DNA from: Octopus vulgaris
Taxonomy: Eukaryota
Assembly: GCA_951406725.2 (NCBI GenBank)
Contig: OX597820.1
Span: forward strand, 121,830,001-121,894,000
Direction: 5' to 3'
Length of the DNA: 64,000 nt
Part shown: positions 1 to 14,381 of the stretch, in pieces
How the letters are laid out: each line of letters begins with the position of its first letter
Position numbering within the stretch: position 1 is the stretch's first letter
Program-made: the position numbers and the translations under genes
Notes under the pieces: generated by a model
The model's input: the letters and a program-made list of their open reading frames with translations, nothing else
Databases searched by the model: none
What the model was told of the DNA's origin: nothing

Positions 1-186
1 GAAAATTCTAATTGGGCCCCACCCGCAAGGTCATGTGCTGTTTATCTTGATATGAGATCACCATGTCGCGCACATATGGTTGTGATGCATGTGCCTGGTG
101 TACCCTTATCAGACGGGTAGTTATGATGGGTATGCTGGGCTTTTTACCCCAGTGTCACTTTGATGACATGTACTGCTCTCTCACTC

Positions 187-231
<45 letters not shown>
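1..231 (+). mobile_element. 3' part of dispersed non-coding retroposon 'family F' ending in an (AAT)n tail
   Basis: Matches the reverse complement of ~63050-63230 and the direct copy at ~12975-13110 (gggcccc..caaggtcat..gctgtttatcttgata..gagatcaccatgtc). All three copies run into (AAT)n. Confidence 0.7.
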
Positions 232-232
<1 letters not shown>

Positions 233-700
233 GTTTTGTTTCACTATCATAATCCCAAGTCTAAGAATTTAAATACACCGTGGTACGGTTGATTAAATCA
301 GCACCCAGTAAGTCGAGGGGCACTTCTGATGTTGCCGGAAATTTGAAAAATTCGAAGACTACGTCAGCGAGATTTCAACTCATAAAACACTTCACTTTAG
401 GCACTTTAATTCCTCGCAGGTCAATTCTTCGTAATTTTGATTTCCTTGTTGGTCTTTCTTTGCTTCAATTACTTTCTCTCCCTTCACTTTGTCTCAAAAA
501 AGTGCATGTGTACACATTATGCGTATGCATACACAAACACACATACATATAAATACACATGCATACAGAGAGGGAGAAGGTAATCAATGCATGTGTGGTG
601 GTGGAGAGTGTATCCGGTAATCCAGGCACTTAGCTCAGGCAACATTCCTGCGAACATCGTTTAACAGAATGTATAGGAAGGAACACTGCTTCAGTAGAAG

Positions 701-1612
701 TACGAGGAGGTACCCGAAAGTAACCGAAAACGTTCTCTGTGAAACAAGCTCACTGTAGCTGAGGCTTCCGCAGCTAGAAGCCACTTGATGAGACCCTCAG
801 GCATCCAGTGATGAGACCGGCGGCATCCAGTGTAGTCCTACTGACACGTGGTGCGTCTTCGTTTTGTAGAGTTTCTCCCCTGTTCGTCGATTTTTTTTTT
901 CGATAGCTGAAACGAAGGAACAACATACTTCCGTAAATTCTGTTTTCTTCTGGGGAAAACGGAGATCAAAACTGTTTTCATGGTTCAAACGTCTTGCAAA
1001 GACGTTGCCATGAGGAAAATACAAGTTTACGAGTGGCTTTCACGCTTTAGGAATGGTCATGTTGTTGCTTGAAGACCGACCTCGTTCAGGGCGACCGTCG
1101 ACTTACCGAGCGAATATAAACATCACGAAAATTCATGAACTGATCATGGAGGACCGTCACTGAACAATTGACAAAGTTGATAATATGACTGATGTGCCCT
1201 GGAGCTCGTGCCAACGAAATTTGAGTGAGGAATTGCGAATTGAAAAGAATTGCAGCAAAATCTGTGCGTCGCTTGCTCACAGAAGATCAAAAGAAGTTAC
1301 GGCTGAATGCGTTTCGTGAACTGAAAGAACGGCTGGAACTTGATCCGGACCATTTTTTTTTTTTTTTTTCGAAGGTCATCACTGGTGATGAAAGCTGGTG
1401 CTAGGGTATTTGCAGATGTGGAAGAGGTAAAGAAAAAAATGGCATCATTTTGCAAGAATTCCAGCACGGCTTCGAGCAGTGGGAAACGTGCCTGAAATGA
1501 TGCATTGCTTCAAATGGAGAATACTCTGAAGGCGATAAAAGTGTAAACATGCAAAAGTGAATAAATGAAATAATATTGAAAATTCCGGTTTCTTTTTGGT
1601 TTTCCTTCATAT
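701..1612 (+). mobile_element. Internally deleted mariner (Tc1/mariner) transposon with transposase pseudogene
   Basis: Degenerate TIRs (tacgaggaggtacccgaaagtaaccg at 701; ccggtttctttttggttttccttcata at ~1584-1611). Frameshifted mariner motifs FCFLLGKT..QVYEWLSRFRNG..EDRPRSGRPS and KVITGDESWC, then a jump to the C-terminal CIASNGEYSEG; most of the DDD domain is missing. Confidence 0.85.
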
Positions 1613-2009
1613 ATGTTTCGCAGAAGGTGAAAATCCAGAAAATTTCCTTTAGTCTCGGAGAATAAAATAACCGGCAGAGGAATGAAGAAGCGTATCTGAT
1701 CGTTGGTTCCAGCAATCTCAACTAGTCATGGTTCAAATAAATCCGTGAAAAAGCTGGAAAACATGAATTTAGGCAATACTTTAAATTCAGAACAAATATA
1801 TGCGAAAAATATTGAAGATAACAATTAGAAACTATGGAAACGGACATGAATGAATCTTCGGTAGAAAAGGCCGATGCCTCTGTTGAAAGACAGACGTCTG
1901 AAGAAGTATGTATAAATGGGACGCTAAGTAGAAAGAGAGCCTGAGGGGGAGACAAATAGGTAGATACCAGTTCATATGCATGTATTTATATGTGTATATA
2001 TGTGCGTAT

Positions 2010-2372
2010 ATGACATGCAGTGTCCGTGCAAGACCTTGCTTCAGTAAAGCTGGACTCAAGAGACATCTTCGTAGTCATAAAGCGAGACAGATGAGTGGCA
2101 ACCTGGCCACTGGTGTAACACACCATACCAGTCATATCTGTCGGGCATGTGGAAGAGAGTGTAATTCGGCAGGAGGACTTAAACGACATGCAAAGGTACA
2201 TGAAACCCAGTTACAACTACAGCCGGCTATTACCGGTAAAGGTCTTAGTTGCCAATTCTGTACAAGACATTGTAGATCTTTAGCTGGGCTAAAAAGTCAC
2301 ATTCGATCACAGCATCAATAACAGTTAAGCTTCATGCAATGGCCATATTCGATAACGAGGGGGCAGCCATCA
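2010..2372 (+). mobile_element. 3' end of an RTE-clade LINE carrying three tandem C2H2 zinc fingers
   Basis: CSV(R)ARPCFSKAGLKRHLRSH, CRACGRECNSAGGLKRHAKVH, CQFCTRHCRSLAGLKSHIRSQH*. The CxxCxRxCxSxxGLxxH pattern and the short 3' UTR (ggccatattcgataacgagggggcagccatcat) resemble RTE C-termini. No TGEKP linkers. Confidence 0.65.
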
Positions 2373-2384
2373 TATATGTGCGTA

Positions 2385-2552
2385 TGCGTGTGTTTACGTC
2401 CCCGTAACTTGGCGGTTCGGCAAAAGAGGCCGATAGAATAAGTACTGGGTTTACAAAGAATAAGTGCTGGGTTCGATTTCCTCGACTAAAACGTGGTGCT
2501 CAAGCATGGCCGCAGTCAAATTGCTAAAACAAATAAAAAGCTAAAAGAATAA
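2385..2552 (+). mobile_element. SINE family A, 3' half
   Basis: gtttacgtccccgtaactt..cggttcggcaaaagag..gatagaataagtact..catggccgcagtcaaa, as in full copies at 14068, 22885 and 25303. Confidence 0.8.
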
Positions 2553-2559
2553 AACACAT

Positions 2560-2599
<40 letters not shown>

Positions 2600-2997
2600 T
2601 CATCCATCTCCTCACCCACGTCTTTATCCATTTACCAATTCTTCTGCCGCTCCAAGAGCTTATTTCATTTTGTTTTTTCTCTAATTCTATGTTAATTTTT
2701 TTATATTTTTCTACTTATTGTTAATTATAATTCTGCAGATGTCTATGCATATGTGCGCTTGTGTGTGTATACGCATTTACGTATCAATTCATACATGTAT
2801 ATACGTATATATTTGCGTGTATTTGTGGGATGAACAAGCTACTTTCGTTTTAATCAAGATTGTAGACTGCTTTTGCACCTGCGAGTAAATAATGCAACAG
2901 TTATGTACACCTACGAAATGATTCGGAGTATATATCTTGGCGATCGTATTATAACATCCTACCAAACCATTGTTTTCGTCTTATATATGACAACCAT

Positions 2998-3095
2998 GCA
3001 CTTAGGCCCAGCTGTCATTTGCCCTGGGCACTTAGGCCCAGCTGCCTTTTGCCCTGGGCACTTAGGCCCAGCAGTCATTTGCCCTGGGCAAATGT
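2998..3095. repeat. 30-bp minisatellite, ~3.2 units
   Basis: cttaggcccagctgtcatttgccctgggca repeated at 3001, 3031 and 3061 with 1-3 substitutions. Confidence 0.9.
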
Positions 3096-4303
3096 CATCT
3101 ACAATGGCGTCTAGTCGAGCTAAACTTCGGGTGTAAATTTACTAGAGAGGAAACTGAAAGAAGCCCGTTGTGTGGGTGCGTGTGTGTGTGTGAGCGTGTG
3201 TATAGGCACAGATTTGACAATACCGTTAAAATGCTCGCTTTTCGACCACATTATTTCTGATTTAGATCCAGCGAGCGGGTCCCTAGATCTTTGTGTTATA
3301 CGTCTTGGCCCAGCAATGTCATGTGAGCGAAATTGGTAAAGGGAAACCGGGAATAAATGACCTGAAGACTTAAAGTCATAAGCCAAACTGTTATCAAATA
3401 CGCGTAAGTCCAACGAAAAGTGTTGAGTGCTAGTTCATGATATCTTGCATTGGTTTGCTTTCCGTGTCCGTAATTTAGCAACTTGGGAAAATTTGTCTGT
3501 TGGAATGAAGAGCTGACCCTTAAAAGTAACCACTGGAAGCGTGTTGACTAACGTGTTGACCACCAAGGCTGTACATCAGAATGGCTACAGTCCAGGGACT
3601 GAAACAAAGTGGAGAATAAAATGATATATTCTTGTAATCGTTAGTGAAAATTTATTAATAGCAGCCAATATAATTTGTAAAACAGAAGTTCCCTGCACAA
3701 CTATGAGGTGTAGTGTTCGATCCCATTGCATGGGACCTCGAGCAGATGTCGTTTCCTACAGCCCCAGCCTAACTCACACCATTTGAGTGTGAGTGGGTCG
3801 ACAGAAACAATACACAACCGATGAAGTGGCGAGTCGGATGAATCATGACCTGTTGTTTAAAGGCGATCAGGCTTCTCACATTGCGTTAAGCTGATTCTTA
3901 CGTTGAGAGTAGATATGCCATTAAGAGGCTAATGTAAGGAGAGGGGTGATTAAGAAGACTGACAACCGAAACCTCATCGTAGAGGGACCGAGATCCACCA
4001 TTAGATAGGATGTCTCACATTCAGAATGGGTCGAGATGTATCATTGTACACTGAAGAACTTTCCACAAGAATTTCTAAAGTGACGGGGAATAACAATAAC
4101 TACGAGGAGGAATCGCAGCTGCTGCGCAGATTCCTTCGTTCTGGCTCCTTGTTTTCTTGTCTTTGGTTTCCTTCTTCCTTTCTTGCAAAACTCAAACACA
4201 CGTCTAGGTATGCATGAATATATGTGTATAGATATAAGTGTGTGTGTCTGTAGTTATATGTGTGTGAACTCAAACACACGTGAACAAAATCAAGTACAGT
4301 CAC

Positions 4304-4339
<36 letters not shown>

Positions 4340-4479
4340 GAAAAATATAAGCAGCGTACCAAAGCCACAATTAAGCTCTCAGACATGCATTCAGAAGCAA
4401 TCACCTCCACCCGCCATCCATAAGTGAAAAGAGAACAAAATACCCAGTCCATGTGTGTATGTATGTTTCTGCGTGAGTG

Positions 4480-4513
<34 letters not shown>

Positions 4514-4984
4514 AATACATGTCCATATGTATGTATGTACAAGTTCCTTTTAATAACATGAATATTAAGTAACGAAACTTCTACGAATTTTCCTTTCTTT
4601 TTCTTTTCTTTGCTTTCAAGACTTCTCAGAATATCAGGCCAAATTCCAATCAGCCCAACACATAACACAATATCCATTTAATCTAACTGGAATCAAATTA
4701 CTAAATATTTAATTCCCATTATTTAATAAAGAGCAGAATCTGGGGCGCCGCCACCCTGTGTGGTGGTAGGATTGAGTGTTAGACGAAATTGTATCGTTTC
4801 AGATTTGTTTTAAATTTCTATTCAATTGTTTCAATTATTGAGAGAAATAATACCGACAATATTTTCTTGTTTTTGTTTTTTTTACTTTATTACAGGGTCA
4901 CAAGTTTACAGAAAAAATAACGAAAGCATCTAAAGTCAATTGAAAACATCCTTGTGTATTACTGGTATTTATTCTGCTGAGATC

Positions 4985-5190
4985 CTAAGGTGAGCTGTCA
5001 GGATAGCTAGAGCATCGGAACATAGCGTTAAGGTTCTGTCACTTTATGTTTTCAGTTCTAATAGCACTTGAATCAGCTTTGCCTTCGATGAAAAAAAAGG
5101 ACCAGTGAAGTATAAGGGGTTGATTTTCTTGATCCCTAATATGCCCCGCTTAAAAATCGCTGGCATTGTGCCTAAATCAGAAGCCATTCT
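4985..5190 (+). mobile_element. Old degenerate SINE family B-like copy
   Basis: ggtgagctgtcagga..tagag..agctttgccttc..accagtgaagta..ggggttgat..gctggcattgtgcctaaat parallels family B. Confidence 0.5.
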
Positions 5191-5622
5191 TGTGATAGCG
5201 ATAATTTCGATCTACGAATTTCATCCACGAATATTGCAAAGGGCTCAACAGGCCCCAGTACCAGACTGGCTGTGGGTATTTTACTTTTGATATACAACTA
5301 GCTTTAAATATATCACGAACCGTTGGTGACGAGGTTTCCAAGTGATTAGAGTATTAGACAGAATACCTCGTGGTGTTTATTCCCGCCCTCTGAATTTAAC
5401 TCTCACCGAGGATTTGTCTTTCTTCGTCCAGGTAATATAAAGTACCTGCTAAAAAGTACCCATAGTAGATCTTCTCTCCTATCCCTCTCCCTCTCTCTCT
5501 CTCCTTTCTCAATCTCTGTCTCACTTCCTCCTCTTCGCTCACTTTCTTCCTCTCCCCCTCTCTAAATCAGTTCCACTGGGCTGCAATATACGCTGCAGTG
5601 CAACATACGTGACATTTCTTTT

Positions 5623-5989
5623 CATCATCATCATTGTTCGACCGTGGTCGAGACAATGGAATTTATTATGCTACGCCAGACTTCAGGATCCATCATAGCA
5701 TTACGGAGGTCCTGTTACTGGATGCCTGTATCCCTGGAGATTACATCAGAGTAGGAGAGTGTGTTCCCTCTGGTATCGCGAGTAGATGGCTTCCAGAGGA
5801 GAAGAGTAGAAATTGCCTCGTTTTCAGCTCTACAACAATGTCCAGCAAACTGGTCTCTCTTACCTTTCACAAGAGATGACACAGGTGGTAGTTTCCCATA
5901 TATTTGTACTTTGGTCGGATGACGCTTCCACGAGAGATTTTGAGCTCTCATAAGGAGGCGAGTGTAGGTTCCATCCAACCGCCTCTCAA
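5623..5989 (-). mobile_element. 5'-truncated RTE-clade LINE (C-terminal RT region) with 12-bp TSD
   Basis: LDGTYTRLLMRAQNLSWKRHPT..QFAGHCCRA..LLLWKP; (GAT)n tail; TSD gacatttctttt at 5611-5622 and 5990-6001. Confidence 0.85.
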
Positions 5990-6357
5990 GACATTTCTTT
6001 TAGAGAGAGACGGATTGACGTGTTAGATACAATGGAGCAGAAATAAAGTTGAACAATATTCTGCAGTGCAGCAGATGTTTATTTTACTTTGGCCAGAAAC
6101 AATTGAAAACATGAATTTAATCTTGAAAAGGATTTAAACAGGTCTTCAACAAATGGCTGCGTGATTCCTTGACTGGAAGGATTTGAAATTTGTGCGAAGT
6201 AAAGAGTTATGGCTGGAACTCATCCTAAACGCGCGATGATATGGGCAAATGAAATGCGGTGCAGGGATGAGAAACGAAAGTTGACAGTTTGGACACAGAC
6301 ACAGGATTAACAGTGATAATATAAACAGGCATTAGAGGCACTAAATGCCATCTGCTC

Positions 6358-6403
<46 letters not shown>

Positions 6404-6459
6404 CAGATTGAATCTATCATTCGTTTAGCAAGTTTCAATATTATTACGAAATTGAAAGC

Positions 6460-6675
6460 ACCGAGCTGACAGAGTCGTTTGCGCGCCGGGCGAAATGCTT
6501 TGCGGCATTTCGTCTACTTAAATGTTCTGGGCTGAAATTCTGCTGAGGTCGACTTTGCCATTCATCCTTTAAGGATCGATAAATTAAGTTTCAGTTGAAC
6601 ACTGTGGTCGATATAAGCGATCTACCTGCTGCTTCGAAATTGCTGGGCTCGTGCCCAAAAATTCGAAACCAATAT
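6460..6675 (+). mobile_element. SINE family B (older subfamily)
   Basis: gagctgacagagtcgtt..gccgggcgaaatgc..gaggtcgactttgcc.ttcatcc..gataaattaag. Confidence 0.75.
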
Positions 6676-9289
6676 TATCAAGGAATTGATACTTCGCAAT
6701 ATGAACTTACTCTCTTCTACTGAAATGGTTTTGAATTTCTCTCAACACAAAAAAAAAAACGATTTACCGGTTTCCATATAATATTTGATCGATGATTAAA
6801 GAAACCCACAAATCACAGGATTGTCCATTAAATCTGTTGCAAGTTGTAGGACATTTAGTGAATCTTCGTGTTGCTTCAATCTACTTTTTTCTAAAATAAC
6901 AAAACTTTGTGGAATTTAGATGCAATAAGCGAGCATCCATTCCAAGGAGACGGTTGTCGTTCAGGTCATTAACAATGAGAAACGTCAAAGAATCAATGCC
7001 TGCAGTTAGTTTGAACTCACAAACCTTCTAAATTATTCAAGCTAAGAAAAGGGGGAAGAGCCACATTGGATAACGTAGTCCTAGATAGACAATAGCCAAG
7101 GACGAACCTGGGTGGTTAAGACAGGAACATATTTTATCAGGGATCTGTTAAGTCATGACTGATGTGGGTTTAACTACAATGGAAACGTAAGAAAGTGTTT
7201 ATTGTAACGCTGTAGGGAGTCGAATTGCACTGTTTGTGTGGAACCTTGTTTGGAATGTGAATTTATCTGTATTGAAATCTTGGACGGATTTATTTCAGGC
7301 AAGGAAAAGAAACAGAACATATTTAAATATCTCAGCTTACCATTTCACCACAATAAGCTGTTTTCTTTCCATTTATTTTTAAAGTAGCTGTAGTTTGCCG
7401 ACAGAAGTATGACATCATACTGTTCGTATGCGTAAATCTTTGTACTTGAATGAATGAATGTGTGCGTACGTGTGTGTATATATGTGCGTGTGTGTGCGTG
7501 TGTGTGCGTGTGCGTTTGTGTGCGTGTGTGTGTGTGTGTGTATGTATGTGTGTAAGGCAATACGACTCGCAGTATCTTCTCAGAGTAACTCTCAATTCTC
7601 GTCAAAGCGAAGTATATATGTCACTGAGAGTGCTCAACTAATAACTATGCATACATCTAAATTTCTTGCGATTACGTCACAGTTTAAGGTAAAGAAATGA
7701 AAGGGAAAGGACAAATTTCTATTAAATCCGATAAAGGAACTATTTTACAATCTTTCCTGACAAATATTGGTTTCTGTGAGCCTTCATTTTCTGAAACAGA
7801 GTTGAAAAGCGCAAAATTCATGTGTCACGTGATAATGAAACCGTCGATCACACAGGTTTGAATGTACAAGCGACCAGGACAGACAAGCGCACTAAAGCAC
7901 GTGTGGTGTGTGTAAGGGAAAATCCATAAAGGAAGAGCATATTAAGCTCATTGACGCAAGGGATTCTGGGACAGCGGTTTTTCGAAATGCTTTTCGTCAG
8001 CCAGACACTGCAAATCATCTCTTTCATTGCTCTAACAATTCCACATATTCGGTTACCCTCACTGGTACTTTATTTATCGACCTTGAAAGAACAAATGACA
8101 TACCTGACCCCAATGGGATTCGAAATGCAGGTCCAGAGAGCCAGAACGATTACCGCAGTCCAATGACTCGGCTAACTCGCAGCTTCATCAATGATAATAT
8201 TCATATTTTCATTATCCTATTCTGGTCATCATAAATTGCAAAAGATGAATAAATTGCAAAAACTAACAATTTACTCAACGATAAAAGCAAATTTCTAAGG
8301 ATTCAGAAATTTAATATCAGCCAATTAAATGAAAGACTGTCTCAATTAATCTCCCCCAGTAAACGCAATAAATGGGGGGGGGGACTTATTTCCCACTCAT
8401 TAAAGGAGAGTTCACCCCGACCCATATTTATGGAACATTAAGAAGACAAAACGAAAATAAAACCCTCTGACCTATAACATCTCAAATAAATACGCCAGTA
8501 CATAATTGTCAGGAATAATAAAATCCATTCTTTGAAGAGCATTTCGATTCGATTCCACACACGAAGCACTTTGGTTGTTTATAAAGAAGTCCATCGAGGA
8601 AAATAAATCGTAATGTGAAATGAGTGTTGTAATGAATTAAATGGTGAAGTTAATCATGCAATATAGTCCCTAACTATAAACCAACAAATAGATCAGGCAC
8701 CAAGCAAAATCATCAGCTAACAGAAATAATAAGTAGAGAAGAAGAGAACGCATCAACCAACTCCCAGAACAAAACACAAAATACATCCCCTCATTCATAA
8801 AACAGCAGAAATAATAATTTCTTAATGTGTGCCGTGGTGAGAGGGAAACAGTCAATTCTATCAATCCCTGTATTGAACTGATACTTTATCAATCTGATAA
8901 TTTTACTGATAATTTTATCAATCCCTTTATTGAACTGATACTTAAACCCGGAAAGATGAAAGATTAAGTCAACCATAGCGGGATATGAACCCATAACGTA
9001 ATAGGCCGTAGCTAAATACTGTAAGGCATTTTTTGTCCAAGACAAATGACTTATTAATTTACAGCTTTTAAAGTATGGCTCGTAAGGTACCACAAAACCA
9101 GGAACTGTAAATACTTTCTTTGCAATAACAGTAGGTAAACCGACGAACAAGCTATAAAAGAACAACATGGTTTATTAATGGAGTTGCAAACTTCGCGACT
9201 TCAACTGTTAGAGGAACCATATCAGCACAACACTGTCCTGTTGAGTAACAAACACGTACATGAGTAATTTGCAAGATACTACGGTACAC

Positions 9290-9584
9290 GTGAAGGCGCA
9301 ATGGCCCAATGGTTAGGGCAGCGGACTCGCGGTTTCGATTCCCAGACCGGGCGTTGTGAGTGTTTATTGAGCGAAAACACCTAAAGCTCCACGATGCTCC
9401 GGTGGAGGGGGGATCCCTGCTGTACTCTTTCGCCGCAACTTTCTTTCACTCTTTCTTTTATTGGCCTGCTCGCTTAGCCAGCGGGGTGGCGTCATTTGGA
9501 AGCTAAAACAATGCGAAACGCATTGTGACTAGCGATGTGTAGCAACATCTAATAGCCTGGTAAGTGACGGTGACAGTGACGGTG
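9290..9584 (+). mobile_element. tRNA-derived SINE family C with 12-bp TSD
   Basis: A-box tggcccaatgg and B-box ggtttcgattcc; (gtgacg)-type tail; TSD actacggtacac at 9278-9289 and 9585-9596. Confidence 0.85.
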
Positions 9585-9603
9585 ACTACGGTACACAATA
9601 GGA

Positions 9604-10030
9604 AACAAAACTAGAGTGAAAAGGATTAATAAACAATAAGGTTCACCTAAAATATAGGCGAAAAAATGTTGGAAACAAAGATCATACTACGGTACAATAA
9701 ATGCTGAAAGAAACCTAGGAGCTAGAGACATACCAATAGAATCGCCTGATGGATAATGACTAAAATTTGAAGATAATGTTTCTATCAGTCATACAAGTCA
9801 TGTGAGGGTCATTACCCCAAGAATAATAGCACACGCCCTGGTTCAATATCACTTCTTTTGTTAGTGAATTAGTTGTGTTTATTATAAATTTACTATAACA
9901 TGATATCAACATACACCGAAATCACTTCGTCCTGAAGGCTAGGTTGCAGAACTAGAAATGACGATGATGGCTTTAAGAATTTTATTGTTCCCGATATACT
10001 GTACGACTGTCATCCAAAAATAAGGGACCC
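9604..10030 (+). repeat. Left arm of ~427-bp inverted repeat (partner 11728-12154)
   Basis: Colinear reverse-complement match along the whole length, roughly 90% identical by eye. Confidence 0.9.
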
Positions 10031-10154
10031 ACTCGATGAACGAATTAAACTAAGAACTGTAATCATGTTTTCAATACGTCACAAAGAAAAGCTTCCCCTC
10101 ACGTGTGTGTTTGTGGTGTGTGTATGTGTTTATGTGTATTTTTGTTTGTGCACA

Positions 10155-10191
<37 letters not shown>

Positions 10192-10237
10192 CGTGCATGT
10201 GTGAGCGCGTAAAATGTTGAGAGAAAGTGGAAAAAAG

Positions 10238-10710
<473 letters not shown>

Positions 10711-11119
10711 GGAAAAACTAAAAAGAAAGAGAAAATAGAAAGAAATAAGAAAACGTAATGTTGGTTGGCCGAATGACAAATGATAAGGATGGGGGAGGGG
10801 GTTCTAATATGTTTAGGGTTTAGGTGACAGGTTGGTGGGGGGAAGGACTTTTTTCTGGGAGGAGACAAAAACCAGATGTGTACGACCTTTGACCTGTAGA
10901 AACTTAACCCCTCTCCTACCATCTCTGCTTCTCCTCCTCCACCCCGCCTCCATGTGGTTAGATTTGCTCAACTAGATTTTAGGAGCCAATGATGGATTGG
11001 ATCGGCAATCTACTTTGCTTGTCAGGCATCACATTGGATGGGGTTACTGCTGCCGCTGCTCCTGCTGCTGCTACGGTTCTGGTGTAATTGGTGCTGTGGC
11101 GGTGTTGTAGTGAGGGTGG

Positions 11120-11331
<212 letters not shown>

Positions 11332-11727
11332 ATGGTGATGGTGGTTGGGGTGAGGATTTTGTTGGTGCTAATGGTGGTGGTGGTGGTGCAGTGGGTATTC
11401 TTTATGATTGTGGATGTTTTGTTGTTATTGTTGGTAGGGTTGGTAGTGGTGGCGGGGGGGGGAGATAATAGAGAGGATGGTGGTGCGTGTGTGCATGTTT
11501 GTGCATGTGTGTGCACGTGTGCGTGAGTGTGCGTGTATGTACTGTGTGTTGTGCAGGTTTTGTTTGTAAACTGGTTTAACGGGAAAATAAACACCATTTT
11601 TAACCATGCGTAATCCTCAGTAGGAAGAAGACATTGAAGGGCTGCTCATGGAAAACTCCCATGAAACCACTTCTGGAACCGGGACATTTTCTCAGTTCCT
11701 CATCTCCGATTACAGGCGTGGGCTCAA

Positions 11728-12154
11728 GGGTCCCTTACTTTTGGGTGACAGTCGTACAGCATATCGGGAACACTAAAATTCTTAAAGCCATCATCGTCAT
11801 TTCTAGTTCTGTAACCTAGCCTTCAGGACGAAGTGATTTCGGTGCATGTTGATATCATGTTATAGTAAATTTATAATAAACGTGACTAATTGACTAAAAA
11901 AAGAGAAGTGATACTGAACCAGGGCGTGTGTTATTATTCTTGGCGTAATGACCCTCACATGACTTGTATGATTGATAGAAACATTGTCTTCAAATTTTAG
12001 CCCTTATCCATCAGGCGATTCTATTGGTGTCTCTATCTCCTAGGTTTCTTTCAGCATTTATTGTACCGTAGTATGTTCTTTGTTTCCAACATTTTTTCGC
12101 CTATATTTTAGGTGAACCCTATTGTTTATTAATGCTTTTCACTCTAGTTTTGTT
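11728..12154 (-). repeat. Right arm of ~427-bp inverted repeat (partner 9604-10030)
   Basis: Reverse complement of 9604-10030. Confidence 0.9.
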
Positions 12155-12249
12155 CACTTGCACCATTCTTGCACCTCTCATTCACCTTTCAACAAAATGG
12201 ATGGAAGGTAACACTTTCTCTTTATCCTTGTTTTCCTCTTCGAGTGAAA

Positions 12250-12965
12250 CCTAAAAGAAGTTGATCAGGGATTGTCCAGAGAAAAGCATTTGTCTTCCGC
12301 CCCTTCAATTTCGTCCACCATACAACTGCTATTGCCAAGGCACCAAGCATATAAAGACTGCCTGCCCTTCGCGGTTAAAAGAAGGCGGCGGAGCAATCTT
12401 CACGATCGATTCAGTTGATATCCAGATCCGTCCCATACGCGACAATAGCTGTTCGACATAAACCTATAAGTCAGCAATGCTCAAGCATTAGAGAAACGCA
12501 TGGTGGATAGTTTCGTCGCCCTGCGTGCATCACGGACATGCTCGGCTGACAGTACTTCCGTACCTGTAAAGTTTATCGCCAACAGGCAAGGCTCCTCGGT
12601 AGCGCTTCCAGGCCAGGGGGTTCTGGAAGTTATCCATCGGTCCTGGGCTGAAATCTCTCCGGGGAGAGCCAACAGCTGATCATCTTTGACGTCCAAGGTT
12701 TCTCCAAAATTGTCGTTACACCTTCCTCTAATTCCCTATAGAAAGTTAAGGTGAACTTTCCACTGATCACCGTGTCCGACTGGCTGAGGGTTGTGAGCGC
12801 TTGAAGACATTCCACTTTTCAAATGCCTTATCTCGGTCTCTGTTTGACCAGTGACGCTTTTCCATTTGCCGAGCAGCAAAACCACCGACTTTTTCCGGTA
12901 AACCATCTCTCCTGATACCTTTTCGTAGTCCCCGAAAGCGGTGCCAATAATTTCTGTGCTTATTT
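12250..12965. mobile_element. Possible decayed LINE ORF1 remnant
   Basis: GC-richer island; + strand RPPYNCYCQGTKHIKTACP resembles a degenerate CCHC knuckle; broken minus-strand reading frames. Confidence 0.3.
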
Positions 12966-12974
12966 TTTTGAAAC

Positions 12975-13106
12975 AGGTAATCGACCTGAAGAAAATTGTA
13001 AGTGGGCCCCCACTTGCAAAGTCATTCGCTGTTTATCTTGATACGAGGTCACCATGTCAAGCATCTATGGTTGTCTTGTATATGTGTACCCTAACGTCAC
13101 CTTTAC

Positions 13107-13153
<47 letters not shown>

Positions 13154-13270
13154 CAACAACAACAACAACAATAACAATAATAATAATAATAATAATGATA
13201 ATAATAATAATAATAATAATAATAAATTAATAATAATAATAATGATGATAATAATAATAATAATGATAAC

Positions 13271-13316
<46 letters not shown>

Positions 13317-13420
13317 TAATAATAATAATAATAATTATAATAATAATAATAAATTAATAATGATAATAATAATAATAAATTAATAATAATAATAATGATG
13401 ATAATAATAAAAATAATAAC
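12975..13420 (+). mobile_element. Family F 3' fragment with long (AAT)n tail
   Basis: Same sequence as 1-190, followed by ~300 bp of AAT/AAC repeat. Confidence 0.65.
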
Positions 13421-14067
13421 AAAAATAACGGTTTCAAATTTCGACCCAAGATCCACCCCACTAATAATAATATAACCAGACAAGAAATGATATTTAATCA
13501 GACTACATATTTGATATTATTTAGTTTAACCGCTGCATGTCTTCTGCTCAAATCTTGCCGAGGTTGATACGTGTTATTTCAATTTTTTCGATATTTCAAC
13601 AATCCACAATTTTAAGGATTCACCAAATACAAAGATGTTAGTTTTATATGAAAGACCATTATTTGGCTCTGGGTTTCATGTTTCAGGGGACGTCGAGAGA
13701 TTTCATTTTGAGGGACTAAAATCCTTCCTTTAAACAGTTTAGCTTCTCGTGCTACTTGGAAGAATCCCCTACAATTCTTCCTTATTCTCTCCATTTCCTG
13801 TTCCGCCACTCTTTCCTTGTTTGCCATCACAGCCGTCATGACCATCATCCGCATCAGCATTGCTCATTACCACCACTACTACCGCCATCACCATTTATAT
13901 CGTCGTCATCGTCATCATCGTCGTTAATAATCGAATTCGCAAATGTCTAATTTTGCTATAATTCACAAAGGGCAACATCACGAGCAAAAAAATAGATTGA
14001 TACTTTCTACACAAACTACCACGATAGATGTAGGGCAACTTAGCCGCTTTTATACACTCCAGTAGAG

Positions 14068-14307
14068 ACTCTTTTACCCTTTTACTTGTTTCAGTCATTT
14101 GACTGTGGCTATGCTGGAGCACCGCCTTTTAGTCGAGCAAATCGAACCCAGGACTTATTCTTTGTAAGCCTAGTACTTATTATAACGGTCTCTTTTGCCG
14201 AACCGCTAAGTTACGGGGACGTAAACACACCAGCATCGGTTGTCAGGTGATGTTGGAGGGACAAACACAGACACACAAACATATACACACGCATACATAT
14301 ACATATA

Positions 14308-14381
<74 letters not shown>

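Noticed and set aside
2998-3095. CRISPR-like array
   Set aside because: Contiguous repeats without unique spacers; eukaryotic context and no cas genes.
7335-7440. Minus-strand candidate exon ending ATG|gtaagc (similarly CAG|gtaagt at ~14935)
   Set aside because: Weak acceptors and no recognisable coding signal.
9927-9965. Hammerhead-like tcgtc-CTGAAGG..ctag-AAA-t-gacga in the 427-bp inverted repeat
   Set aside because: No stem III or UH cleavage site between GAAA and stem I, and the core is altered.
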